Below, in pieces: positions 7,647 through 17,584 of a stretch of 42,173 nt of DNA. A program made the translations under genes and the position numbers. Positions within the stretch are counted from its first letter, which is position 1, and each line of letters begins with the position of its first letter. The DNA comes from an uncultured Candidatus Saccharibacteria bacterium. GTDB lineage: Bacteria; Patescibacteriota; Minisyncoccia; Phycocordibacterales; JABMNX01. The stretch lies in contig CAZNRH010000002.1 of the NCBI GenBank assembly GCA_964575755.1, forward strand, positions 136,351-178,523. The letters are read 5' to 3'. The notes under the pieces are model-generated. The model was not told the origin of the DNA and searched no databases. It saw only the letters and a program-made list of their open reading frames with translations.

Positions 7647-9989
7647 TTACTCTTCTATCGGCAAACCAAAACCTTCAAATGTATCGGCCGACTGAGTAAA
7701 CTCTTCAAATGGTGCCCGTCCAGCAATAAGGTTGTCGAGTATAGCTCTCACCTCAGTACTTTCTGGATTAAGATCTCTTATTACACTGAACTGGTTAATG
7801 GCATCTTGATAACGTTCCTGTTTATAATACGAAAGACCGAGGAAATATCTAGCATTTGAATAACGACTATCTAACGTTATCGCTCTCTCAAGTGCATTAA
7901 CAGCACCACCATAATCCCTCTCTGAATATTTAAGAATACCTAACTGAAAGAATACAAGTTGATTTTGTGGAGTAAGAAATGCTGCCGCTTCTATAGACTC
8001 AATTGCGTTTGAAATATTACCTTCTTCAATTTCTATCTGAGATAGAAGAAATATTGCATCTACATAGTCATTTTTTATGGAGAGAGAGTTAGCTATATGA
8101 CTTCTAGCAACATCATTATTCCCTCTAATTGCTTCTATACGCGCCAAATTAAGGGCTAGTTTAGGATTTAATGGATTAAGTGAAAAAGCTTTTTCATAAG
8201 AAGAACGTGCATTTTCGTAAGCTCCATCGACACCAAGGGGTATAATTATTTCATAAACCCTACCTAATACTTCCCAGTTTACAAAATTTCTATCGTCATA
8301 TGAAATCGCTAAACTACCCGCATTTATAGTTTGGGTTAAAATCGTCTGGAATTGTTGCTGAACATCTAGAGTACTTTCTCCAGCTCTAATTAAATTGTTT
8401 AGTTTAAACATTGATACTTCAGCGGAAGCTCGATATACAAAATCACTCTTATTAAAGGCGATTGCTTTGTTAATGTATCCTTCAGCCTTAACAACATCGG
8501 CACTGTAAATAGCCTCCATACTAGCCCGCTGAACATATACTATTGAAATAAATTTTTGTGTAGAAACGTAGAGTCCAAGCAAAGAGATTATTAAAACAGA
8601 AAATAATAATGCTACCCACAAAAACCCTGCTACTGGATTTTCATTGAATACAAATGTCTTTTCTTTTACTATTCCAGACTGAACTCTTACAGCAACAAAT
8701 ATTCCTGAGAAAAGAAAAGCGAAGAAAAACAATGTTGGATGTGGAATATAGAATATAGAAAGTATCCACAGAAAAGCGGCTGAAAAAAATGATGAGGTCG
8801 AAAGATAATTATCAAATGGATTTACACTCATATTAACAAACCCACGCATACCAGAAAATAAAAATAATACAATGAACAACAACCACATTAATGCACTAAA
8901 TATTCCATGTGTAATAAATAATGTTGGTATGATACCAACACCAAATGAAAAACTTGTATTCCAAAAAGGTGTGTTGTTTATCCCTTCTGGTTTATATTTA
9001 AGCCACTCTTTCGTAAAATTATTTGGTCCAGAACCGAACAAGAGATCTTCTGAATACACATCTTCTGCAAGATTTATAGTACCCTGCCAAGAAGGACGAG
9101 CTTCTATTTGCACAACCCCAAACTGATCACTTGTAAATTTCTCAAAACTGGCACCGGAAAAAATAAATAATATAGAAACAGCTAATACAAACAAGGTAAC
9201 CCCTGAAACATTATTACCATGTGAATGTGATAGATTATTTTCTTCACTCTCTTTTGCAAGAAATTTCTTCTTAAGAAATGACCGTAGAAATAGGATAAAT
9301 ATCGCTATACTTAACACAACCCATACTAATGAGAAGTTAACAATAATCATTGTTGCTAAAGACACTACTAGCGCTGTGTAGAAAAATACCTTTATTAACC
9401 CCTTAGGACGAAGCATATCCATTGTTATGAGCGATAATAATGTGGTAAATCCAGCAAATATTGCCAGGTCATTCCATTTACCTAAAAGATTTGATGTTGG
9501 TGTTGTAAACAAACCGAAATCCAGAAAATCTGCTCCTATTGTTAATTTCACTATTTGATATAAAAATAAAATGAGGGCTGAAGCTGTAATCGTTAAATAA
9601 AGCCTAACAACACTACCTCTCGAATTAAACAGGTACATACCCGCCATAAAAGCAAAGGATAAAATAAGTGTCATGAGTGCGGTGTCTACTTCTACCCCCT
9701 GACCAACCAACGAATGCATTAAATTACCAGAGAAGAATGAAGACAAAAGTGCGATAAGTGGAAGTATTGTGATTGGTATAATAAATTTTTCTTTAGGTAT
9801 TGTTATGCTGTTACCTTTAAGTCGAACAGTCGTCCATAATATAGCTACCAGTAAAACACCAATAGATAACATAAATATTTTAGTTTCATATAATGGAGCA
9901 GATAGGGATGGTATGAAAAAAATTGGCAATAAAAACGATATTACTAAAATAATACCTTTTCCTATGGCATCTAACTTATCACTTATCAT
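7647..9989 (-). CDS. Multi-TM membrane protein (O-antigen ligase/GT-C-like) with C-terminal TPR repeats
   Basis: About 13 TM helices, LLFGSGPNNF loop and C-terminal TPR-like repeats (ARYFLGLSYY). Confidence 0.7.
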   Translation of the reverse strand: MISDKLDAIGKGIILVISFLLPIFFIPSLSAPLYETKIFMLSIGVLLVAILWTTVRLKGNSITIPKEKFIIPITILPLIALLSSFFSGNLMHSLVGQGVEVDTALMTLILSFAFMAGMYLFNSRGSVVRLYLTITASALILFLYQIVKLTIGADFLDFGLFTTPTSNLLGKWNDLAIFAGFTTLLSLITMDMLRPKGLIKVFFYTALVVSLATMIIVNFSLVWVVLSIAIFILFLRSFLKKKFLAKESEENNLSHSHGNNVSGVTLFVLAVSILFIFSGASFEKFTSDQFGVVQIEARPSWQGTINLAEDVYSEDLLFGSGPNNFTKEWLKYKPEGINNTPFWNTSFSFGVGIIPTLFITHGIFSALMWLLFIVLFLFSGMRGFVNMSVNPFDNYLSTSSFFSAAFLWILSIFYIPHPTLFFFAFLFSGIFVAVRVQSGIVKEKTFVFNENPVAGFLWVALLFSVLIISLLGLYVSTQKFISIVYVQRASMEAIYSADVVKAEGYINKAIAFNKSDFVYRASAEVSMFKLNNLIRAGESTLDVQQQFQTILTQTINAGSLAISYDDRNFVNWEVLGRVYEIIIPLGVDGAYENARSSYEKAFSLNPLNPKLALNLARIEAIRGNNDVARSHIANSLSIKNDYVDAIFLLSQIEIEEGNISNAIESIEAAAFLTPQNQLVFFQLGILKYSERDYGGAVNALERAITLDSRYSNARYFLGLSYYKQERYQDAINQFSVIRDLNPESTEVRAILDNLIAGRAPFEEFTQSADTFEGFGLPIEE

Positions 9990-10123
9990 AATATAAATTT
10001 AATGTAAAAAAAATAATATATATATTATAACAGAAACAAAACGACTTATGTAACATACGCAATACACGTTGAGTAAAACATTAATATATTTTTAGAGATC
10101 AGATACGCAATAATTTAGTATAC

Positions 10124-10157
10124 TGAAAACAACCTCGCGCAAACGAGGTTGTTTTCA
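10124..10157 (-). terminator. Terminator downstream of rnpB
   Basis: tgaaaacaacctcg/cgaggttgttttca perfect inverted repeat. Confidence 0.65.
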
Positions 10158-10166
10158 TAATACATA

Positions 10167-10577
10167 ACTTGTATCTATAAGCCGAATTCTGTATCTAATA
10201 TATTTGTATGAATATAATTAGACGGTAATCATTTATCTGGGATCATTGTCGCCAACAACCTCAAGCGGCACTCATGAATATATCACTATTGTGACACATT
10301 CAAGCACGGCCTTGCATTCAGGTAAGGATTTAGCCGTTTCACTCTTCGACTTCACCCAGAGTAAACTCTGGACTGCTCCGAAGATTCACCCAATATATAA
10401 TAAATTAAACATTGGGTGCCTATCAGCTTTCACATCAAGGCGTCTCTGCTCGCACCTCTATATTTACATACGACGGGCGTTACCCGCTACCCTACTACTA
10501 AGCACCATTACTGATACTTAGTGAATGTTCGGACTTTCCTCTCTATATAAAATATAGAGTAACTACCCGATACAAGT
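10167..10577 (-). ncRNA. rnpB: RNase P RNA (bacterial, type A-like)
   Basis: Minus strand shows GAGGAAAGTCCG, GTGAAACGGCTAAATCC, AGATAAATGATT and ACAGAATTCGGCTTA; P1 ends pair (acttgtatc/gatacaagt). Confidence 0.93.
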
Positions 10578-10677
10578 CTGTTTATTATACCATAAAAAAT
10601 ATACTTAACAACAAAACTCCTTAATGTGGAGCTTTATTGCTTGCTTTTTAAAACCCTTTTCAACCTTTTAACTCAGT

Positions 10678-13071
10678 TTAGTCTATCTCACATGTGCCAC
10701 CTGCACACGCTAACTCTTTCTTTTGTTCTGTTTCATCTTGGAGCTCATACGTCATAAGTTTTGAGTAATCAACATTGTCGAATTTCTTTATCATTTCTTC
10801 GTACTGCTCTTTTGTGATTTCCTCGTATGGAGCAAGTTGATAAACATGATCGTTACGTGGCAAGAATGAAAGTCCGCCTATAATATCCCAATTTTCATAT
10901 ACCCAATCTGCTACCGCTATCCATTCATTATCTCCAACGGAAATAGTTGTGGAGGGATTATGTTCAGTATAGTTCTCTTTTACAATCTTCCAGTGCTCAA
11001 GCTGATCAAGTGCGGTCAAATCATTTTTAAACACAACACCTTTTGGTGATTCTACTGGGAACTCAAGTACAAATGTATTTGCTGTATCAAGAGGCTGCCC
11101 AACTTCTGGGTGATTAGGTACTCCCTGATCGTGAAGCATTTTAAACAGTGAATCTGTTGCTGAAATACGAATACGTCGAATGTAATATGGAGAGTGTCGT
11201 GGATGCATTCCTGAGGCACAATTAACTGTTTGTGATACTGTGCCAGAAGGTTTTACACATGTAACAGCGCTTGATTGATTTATCCCAAACTTCTTTGCGT
11301 ACTTTTGGTTTACTTTAACTGCTTCTGCTTTCAATTTCTTTAATACAACATCTTCACGAACTGCTTTAGAATCCCACTGCCCCGTTAGCGATACTCCAAG
11401 CAACCTCTCTGCTTCACAGTTTTCTTTCCATTCTTTTGAAAGATATTTGAAGTTGGTTAGTGTTGATTGATATGTGCCTAAAATTGCAGCTAGACGAACC
11501 TTTCGCATAAGAGTTGCCTCTGTGTCACTCGCTCGACAAATAACCTCTGAAAGATTACAAAACTGCTTTGATTGTAATATTATTTCCCCACAAGGGTTCA
11601 CTCCAAGTCGGTTAATACCATCGCGTCCACCTTCGTCGGGATTGTTTTTGTATTTATTTTTTAGATAATCAATACGTCGCTTCGGTAATTGATGTATGAG
11701 ACTTCCTCTGTTGAAGATACCTCGTTCTCCTGTCTTAGCTTTCATAAGTGAATACCACTCCTCCATAAACTCTAAATTTGATGGTTTTCCGTCGTATACA
11801 GCTGAGTTATTTGCAAGAGTTCTTTGAGGGTCAGTAAGCCAGAATTGTCCCGATTTAGCATCGCGGACCTCATTATCATCGAGGTCTGAGAGTGAAATCA
11901 TGGCCGAACGGCGCACTCCACCAGAAACTATTGCCTCTCCTATCTTGCAAATAATGTCATGTGCGTCAATATTTCTAAGGCGTCGTCCTTGTCTAGACAT
12001 GACCCTATTTCGTGTAAAATCAAGTAATTGTCGAAGTGGCTCAGGACCAGAAGCTTTACCTCCCATTGTCTTTAGTCGAGCTCCAGCTGGTCGAACTTTT
12101 GAGTAGTCAAACACTACATCTTTGCCGTCAAACCAAGTCTTTAGGCCATGAGTAAGCGCATCAGCCCACCCCTCTGCAGAGTCCGGCACAACGAAGTTTG
12201 CAATAGTCTTTCCTGTCTGCGGTTTAATTTGTGGTAGTTTACCTATATTCCAACTCTCTACACTGTAACCAACACCAGCACCTTTAGAAGATAAGTAGAG
12301 TATTTCCGCGAAGTCACCGATTTTTGATGGAGCAATGTATGAACAGTTGTATCCAGTAACATTACATCGTCGTGCTGGCTCACCTGCAAACTGCATCATG
12401 CGCATTGATGGCATGACTTCGTGATTCAATATAGCCTCACGCAATTCAGAATACTCTTTAGAAGAAAGTTTGTTGCCAATATTTTCTTTCATAAAAGAAA
12501 GATAGCGGTCAACTGTTTCAATCCAAGTCTCTCTCCTGCCTTCTTCTCCTATCCATCTTGAGTACGAACGTAAGTACACAAAGTACCCTAATTCATTTCC
12601 TTTAAAATATTTTGCACTTTTTTCAGAAAGTTCTTTTACTTTCTTTGATACAACAACACCAAGGTCTCGTAATTTTGCTCTCTCTGCTCGATATAGAATG
12701 TACGACTTTGCAGTCACTACATAATCAGAAAGTATAAGCTGTCGCTCAACCTCATCCTGACATCCTTCGACTGTTGGCATGAAGTTTTTGTACTTTCTTG
12801 CGATACGAACCATGTCCGCTGCAACTTGATGAGCCACCATTGTTGCCTCTTCATCTGAACCTTCAGAACTAGCAATCATGGCTTTATGTATAGCTTGAAT
12901 GACTTTATTAAAATCAAAAACAACAATTCTACCATCGCGCTTTTGTATCTCTGGTATGAATTTTTTGTAGTCCGTTACCTTTATTTTACCTGTTTTTTTC
13001 ATATCATTTTCAGGATTAATAAGGTCGTCAATCCTAGCTATGGCTTTCGCCTGTTTTTCTACATTTCGCAT
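10678..13071 (-). CDS. nrdJ: Class II (adenosylcobalamin-dependent) ribonucleotide reductase with N-terminal ATP cone
   Basis: IQKRDGRIVVFD ATP cone, YNCSY, GGVRRSA, NPCGEI, TCVKPSGT and C-terminal CAGGTCE. Confidence 0.9.
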   Translation of the reverse strand: MRNVEKQAKAIARIDDLINPENDMKKTGKIKVTDYKKFIPEIQKRDGRIVVFDFNKVIQAIHKAMIASSEGSDEEATMVAHQVAADMVRIARKYKNFMPTVEGCQDEVERQLILSDYVVTAKSYILYRAERAKLRDLGVVVSKKVKELSEKSAKYFKGNELGYFVYLRSYSRWIGEEGRRETWIETVDRYLSFMKENIGNKLSSKEYSELREAILNHEVMPSMRMMQFAGEPARRCNVTGYNCSYIAPSKIGDFAEILYLSSKGAGVGYSVESWNIGKLPQIKPQTGKTIANFVVPDSAEGWADALTHGLKTWFDGKDVVFDYSKVRPAGARLKTMGGKASGPEPLRQLLDFTRNRVMSRQGRRLRNIDAHDIICKIGEAIVSGGVRRSAMISLSDLDDNEVRDAKSGQFWLTDPQRTLANNSAVYDGKPSNLEFMEEWYSLMKAKTGERGIFNRGSLIHQLPKRRIDYLKNKYKNNPDEGGRDGINRLGVNPCGEIILQSKQFCNLSEVICRASDTEATLMRKVRLAAILGTYQSTLTNFKYLSKEWKENCEAERLLGVSLTGQWDSKAVREDVVLKKLKAEAVKVNQKYAKKFGINQSSAVTCVKPSGTVSQTVNCASGMHPRHSPYYIRRIRISATDSLFKMLHDQGVPNHPEVGQPLDTANTFVLEFPVESPKGVVFKNDLTALDQLEHWKIVKENYTEHNPSTTISVGDNEWIAVADWVYENWDIIGGLSFLPRNDHVYQLAPYEEITKEQYEEMIKKFDNVDYSKLMTYELQDETEQKKELACAGGTCEID

Positions 13072-13227
13072 GATTGGCTTCTTAGGTGTTATAGCTTCTA
13101 ATAATTGTTAATCTATTGTACATCTATTATTCGTCAATTTTCTGTGGAAAAGTGTCCAAAGTACCACCATGTAATAGAAAAAAATTGCGGTCAATACTCG
13201 TTTTAGGAGGAGGCTAAGTTACAGTAT

Positions 13228-13695
13228 TTAAAAAGTGTCCAAAGAATAAATATCTCCGATTTCAACATTATATTTTTCAGAAAATCCTGCATTAACCTCA
13301 AGAACAAACGTGGCTGGCATTTTTGGATGGAAAGATGTTGGGTATGTATCTTCAGAAATATTTTTATGAATATCCACAACTCGCAAATCTTTATTTAACC
13401 AAATAATATCAATTGGGAAATTCATGTCTTTCATCCATATTCCATACTTCTTACTATCAGTGAATACAAAAAGTAATCCGCGTTTTTGTGGAAGTATTTC
13501 AAGGTTTGATAATCCTGTCCTGCGTGTTTTTTGATTGTCAGCAATAGCTATCTCTACAGTGGTAGATTTTGAAGAAAATTCCCTAAGTGACGTCTCAAAA
13601 ATGTCGTTCTTTGGTTTACTCAAAGGAGTGAAGAATGTCCCTGTGAGTATCAGTAACGTTAACGCGAGTATACCTATACTGAAGAAATGTCTCAT
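13228..13695 (-). CDS. DUF192 family protein
   Basis: VEIAIAD..RRTGL, GLLFVF, IWMKDMNFPIDIIW and FVLEVNAG. Confidence 0.88.
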   Translation of the reverse strand: MRHFFSIGILALTLLILTGTFFTPLSKPKNDIFETSLREFSSKSTTVEIAIADNQKTRRTGLSNLEILPQKRGLLFVFTDSKKYGIWMKDMNFPIDIIWLNKDLRVVDIHKNISEDTYPTSFHPKMPATFVLEVNAGFSEKYNVEIGDIYSLDTF

Positions 13696-13768
13696 AATAT
13701 ATCCATTATATACCATAAAATATAGACTGGTGTACTAACTGGGCCGATAATGCTATAAACTACTTCAT

Positions 13769-14491
13769 ATGGAAGAAATAACATACCCAATTCGAATAAA
13801 TCGATACTTGTACCTGAAAGGAATCTGTTCACGAAGAAAAGCAGATCAATTAATTAAACAAGGTGAGATTTCAATAAATGGAAAAGTTACAGTGCTTGGT
13901 GCGAAGGTTCTTGAAGGTGACGATGTTACTGTAGGTAAAAAAGTTAAGCAACTTACTTCTGAATATAAATATTTTCTGTATCACAAACCAAGAGGTATCG
14001 TCTCTCACAACCCACAAAAAGGCGAGAAGTCCGTCGAAGATGTTTCAGGTCTTGGAAAAAACTTCTTCCCTGTCGGAAGACTTGATAAAGCTTCACATGG
14101 ACTCATGCTCTTAACAAACGACGGAAGAATCGTAAATAGTCTACTCAGTCCTGAGTTTGAACACGAAAGAGAGTATGTAGTGAAAGTAGATAAAAGAATC
14201 ACAAATTCTTTTATTACACGAATGAAAAAAGGAGTAAATATAGAAGGATACGTGACTAAGCAAGCAACAGCACGTAAAGTTAGCGATTTTGTATTTAATA
14301 TCACACTAACTGAGGGTAAGAAACACCAAATAAGACGTATGGTAGTAGCTCTTGGTAGACAAGTAACAGATTTAAAAAGAATACGCATTATGAATCTAAT
14401 GCTTACTGGTATAGAGGAAGGAAAACACAGAGAATTCTCAAAAGAAGAAAAAGAAACTCTGCTTAAGGCTCTATCTGTACCAATTACCTAG
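13769..14491 (+). CDS. rRNA pseudouridine synthase (RsuA/RluB/RluF family) with S4 domain
   Basis: S4 domain (GICSRRKADQLI), catalytic VGRLD and LTEGKKHQIRRM. Confidence 0.92.
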   Translation: MEEITYPIRINRYLYLKGICSRRKADQLIKQGEISINGKVTVLGAKVLEGDDVTVGKKVKQLTSEYKYFLYHKPRGIVSHNPQKGEKSVEDVSGLGKNFFPVGRLDKASHGLMLLTNDGRIVNSLLSPEFEHEREYVVKVDKRITNSFITRMKKGVNIEGYVTKQATARKVSDFVFNITLTEGKKHQIRRMVVALGRQVTDLKRIRIMNLMLTGIEEGKHREFSKEEKETLLKALSVPIT

Positions 14492-14528
14492 TAATCATAA
14501 TTTGGAGACTAGGTCTCCAAATTAATTG

Positions 14529-14803
14529 TTAACCTTGTATGTATTCAAAACGAGGGACTTCTTTTCCATCTACAACTATTTTTTCTTGAAACATTTCCAG
14601 TGGTCGTACCCATAGTTCCGATGATTTGTTGCCAGGGTGTTTATATACAACCAGTCTGTTCAAGAGCGAGAGCGATTGAGGACAAACTGTAGTGCCCTGT
14701 GGGTGCTACTAAATCTTCTAAAGTTTCAGAATGTTTAGATACTCCAATTACTTCGTATTCACCGCCTTTATAATGTTTATATACCTGGCTTTATTCCTTT
14801 CAT
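14529..14803 (-). pseudogene. Disrupted DUF1653-family gene
   Basis: Three frames join to MKGIKPGI/YKHYKGGEYEVIGVSKHSETLEDL/VVYKH..LWVRPLEMFQEKIVVDGKEVPRFEYIQG*; 2-nt loss near 14781 and ~58-bp hairpin insertion at 14653-14710. Confidence 0.8.
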
Positions 14804-14832
14804 GTTGTTTATTATACATAAAAACTATTAAT

Positions 14833-15077
14833 GATTGGAGACAGGATTTGACGACCAGTTGCTAAGTAAAATTTTCGTCTTTCAGACTCAATTTTAAAGG
14901 AGACAGGATTTGGTCACGAGTTTCTAATTCGCTTCTCTCATAAGAACTCTCGACCCCGACTCGGCGACAAGCCCTCGCTCCACTCGTCTTGTATACCGCC
15001 TCCGTCTTTCAAATCCTAACTCATCTCTACAACATACGTACAAAGACAACCCCTCGGTCGGGGTTATTTTTATACGT
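14833..15077 (-). repeat. Structured tRNA 3'-trailer element, copy 3 (after tRNA-Ser), with two direct copies of the tRNA 3' segment
   Basis: ggagacaggatttg occurs in the tRNA (15084-15097) and again at ~14837 and ~14898; shares gtttctaa, gttgctaa and taagaac motifs with the other copies. Confidence 0.7.
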
Positions 15078-15079
15078 TG

Positions 15080-15164
15080 CGGAGGAGACAGGATTTGAAC
15101 CTGCGGTGACTTACGCCACACATCGTTTCCAACGATGCACCTTAAACCACTCAGACACTCCTCC
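15080..15164 (-). tRNA. tRNA-Ser(GGA)
   Basis: GGAGGAGTGTCTGAGTGGTTTAAGGTG-CATCG-TTGGAAA-CGATG, long variable arm, GCAGGTTCAAATCCTGTCTCCTCCG. Confidence 0.95.
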
Positions 15165-15329
15165 GTATTATTCTAATGTTCGTAACTACCTCGTATATAT
15201 TATTGGAATATATTAAATATCAAACATTAATTCAATCTGCTACTCGATGTTACCACATCTTGTAGGATTTCATTGGATACTCAAAACATCCCCTCTATTT
15301 TATAACCAAATTTTATTTAGTTAAATATA

Positions 15330-16046
15330 TTAATGACTTATTGCCTTTATTGCATTAAGAAACCTGACACGTATTGTGTCATGGTGCTCCCCATCTTCTA
15401 TTTGTGGAGTCCATACCACAACCTTATTTCTTCCAGTATTTTTTGCAACATACACAGCACTATCAGCACGTCTTACATGTTCATCAAAAATTTTATCTAT
15501 CACCCCACCTTTAATTGACTCGTCAATAAACTCATTTTCTGTAGATGAAACACCAATACTAATTGTGACATGCAAACCTGGATATTTTTCAAAAGAAATA
15601 TTTTCAACAGAATCCTTAAGTTTATTAGCTACAGCTTCTGCTTCACTCTCAGATGTTTCAAAAAGGAAAATAAGAATCTCCTCTCCACCAAAACGAGAAA
15701 CTATGTCTTTGTCTCGAACATTTAATTCTATGGCTTTGGAAATCCGCCTAAGTACCTCGTCTCCAACAGCATGTCCAAATGTATCATTTACTTTTTTAAA
15801 GAAATCAACATCACAAAAAAGAAAACCTGCATGTACCTTACCTTTTTTATCTAATTTACGTTTGTCACCATGAGAAGGAAACATGGATTTTAAATACTCT
15901 TTTGAACTGGCAACGATATACCTTCTAGTTTTCAGCCCAGTGAGTTCATCATGAATTAAATCATATTTAAGAACATTAATTCTTTCTTTAAGAATCTTAT
16001 TCTCTTTCTCTAATTCTAATATTTTTCCTTTATTGTCACCCTTCAT
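15330..16046 (-). CDS. Diguanylate cyclase (GGDEF domain) with short N-terminal coiled coil
   Basis: DELTGL, DVDFFKKVNDTFGHAVGDEVL, RFGGEEI and ADSAVYVAKNTGRN. Confidence 0.9.
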   Translation of the reverse strand: MKGDNKGKILELEKENKILKERINVLKYDLIHDELTGLKTRRYIVASSKEYLKSMFPSHGDKRKLDKKGKVHAGFLFCDVDFFKKVNDTFGHAVGDEVLRRISKAIELNVRDKDIVSRFGGEEILIFLFETSESEAEAVANKLKDSVENISFEKYPGLHVTISIGVSSTENEFIDESIKGGVIDKIFDEHVRRADSAVYVAKNTGRNKVVVWTPQIEDGEHHDTIRVRFLNAIKAISH

Positions 16047-16119
16047 ATATACAAGATACCATATAAAAAACAAAAAGCTGTCATGCGCCATACTAACCTA
16101 ACTTAGCTGTTAATTTATA

Positions 16120-17025
16120 TTATAAATTAACTTTAAGTGCCTTAATTCTATCTTCTACCGGAGGGTGAGTTAGAAATAGTTTATTTAAGAATTTTCCTTT
16201 CTTGCCTTTTTCACCCCCAAAAGGGTTTGAGATAAACAAGTGAGCGGTAGCATGATTTGCTCGCTTCATCTGTGTTGGACGTGCACTAATTTTCTGTAAT
16301 GCAGAAGCGAGACCTTCAGGATAACGAGTAAGCAGTGCCGCGGAAGCATCTGCTAGAAACTCTCGCTTGCGTGATATGGCAAGCTGTATCAATTTCGCAA
16401 TAATTGGTGAAAGGATTGCTAATACAAGACCTGCAACTATCATGATAAGTTGCATTCTGCCGTCACCTTCTCTGTTTCTGTGTCCACCAAACAAAGTCAT
16501 GCGTAAGAAAAAATCAGAAAGGAGTGTTATAAATCCAAGAAGTACCACAACAACAGTCATGACAAGCATGTCACGATTGCCTATATGGGAGAGTTCGTGA
16601 GCTATCACTCCTTCTAGTTCATTTTTATCTAATATTGAAAGTAGCCCTGTTGTAACCGCAACTACAGCATGATCGGGATCTCGTCCTGTCGCAAATGCAT
16701 TTGGTGCTTCGTCGTTGATGATATATAGCTTTGGCATTGGAAGTCCTGCAGTAATTGAAAGGTTCTCAAGAATGTTCCAAAGATCTTTATGAGAATCCGC
16801 AGATACTGGATGTGCGCCAGACATTTTAAGAACCACTTTATCAGAGAACCAGTATGCTCCAACATTCATCAGTACACTGAAAATGACTGCGACCCATAGT
16901 ATCACTGGGCTTTGTAATATGTATGAAAAGGACCATGCTACACCGACAATCACTAAAAAGAACGTAAGCATGAGAAACCATGTCTTTCGAATATTTTTAT
17001 CTTGATGTGTGTAAAGTGTTGCCAT
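16120..17025 (-). CDS. htpX: Zinc metalloprotease HtpX (M48)
   Basis: APNAFATG, AHELSH, SRKREFLAD and THPPVEDRI. Confidence 0.93.
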   Translation of the reverse strand: MATLYTHQDKNIRKTWFLMLTFFLVIVGVAWSFSYILQSPVILWVAVIFSVLMNVGAYWFSDKVVLKMSGAHPVSADSHKDLWNILENLSITAGLPMPKLYIINDEAPNAFATGRDPDHAVVAVTTGLLSILDKNELEGVIAHELSHIGNRDMLVMTVVVVLLGFITLLSDFFLRMTLFGGHRNREGDGRMQLIMIVAGLVLAILSPIIAKLIQLAISRKREFLADASAALLTRYPEGLASALQKISARPTQMKRANHATAHLFISNPFGGEKGKKGKFLNKLFLTHPPVEDRIKALKVNL

Positions 17026-17036
17026 TACAAATATTA

Positions 17037-17567
17037 TTAACTTTTATGTTCCTTGAAATGCTTTATTGTCTTTTCTACCTCTTCATGTACCCCATCAATA
17101 CACTCATACTCTTTTACCTCTTGTGCATCCACCCATGCAAACTCAGTAAAGCCCCCTTTTTCTGGAACCACATCTCCACCCGCGTATCGTGCTGCAAATT
17201 TCACAAGCACCACAGGCACATTGTCTGGGCGGATAAATGCAACACTGTTGATGTAGTGTAGTTTTGTCTCAATATCTATATTTGCTTCTTCTTTTGATTC
17301 ACGCACAAGCAAGTCTTCAACAGCATCCTCGAAATCAAGCACATCACCGTTGATACGAGTCGGTTTATCCACTGGCATATCCTGCCACTCAAGTTTACCA
17401 CCAGGCACTGCCCACCTACCAGGGTGCACTTTTTCTCGTTCATCACGTTTTAAAATGAGGCATTTTCCATCCTTTTCTCTGTACACAACAACGTTAGCGA
17501 CGAAATAAAAAAGTTTGTCTTGCTTAGCTTTGTCTATACTTATTTCTCTTTCCTTTTTTTCTTCCAT
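17037..17567 (-). CDS. Nudix hydrolase
   Basis: PGRWAVPGGKLE...RESKEEANI Nudix box with an internal insertion. Confidence 0.85.
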   Translation of the reverse strand: MEEKKEREISIDKAKQDKLFYFVANVVVYREKDGKCLILKRDEREKVHPGRWAVPGGKLEWQDMPVDKPTRINGDVLDFEDAVEDLLVRESKEEANIDIETKLHYINSVAFIRPDNVPVVLVKFAARYAGGDVVPEKGGFTEFAWVDAQEVKEYECIDGVHEEVEKTIKHFKEHKS

Positions 17568-17584
17568 ATTATTTTATTTGATTA

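Noticed and set aside
10246-10521. 91-aa plus-strand ORF
   Set aside because: Lies antisense within RNase P RNA
13072-13227. NrdR boxes or a cobalamin riboswitch upstream of nrdJ
   Set aside because: Only a weak partial resemblance (accaccatgtaatag) and one TGTGGAAAA; the region is too short and lacks riboswitch motifs
14833-15097. Three ggagacaggatttg repeats as a CRISPR array or prophage att sites
   Set aside because: Repeats are only 14 bp, unevenly spaced and tRNA-derived; no cas, integrase or phage genes are nearby
14924-15216. ORFs 14924-15121 and 14989-15216
   Set aside because: They overlap tRNA-Ser and its trailer; typical tRNA shadow ORFs
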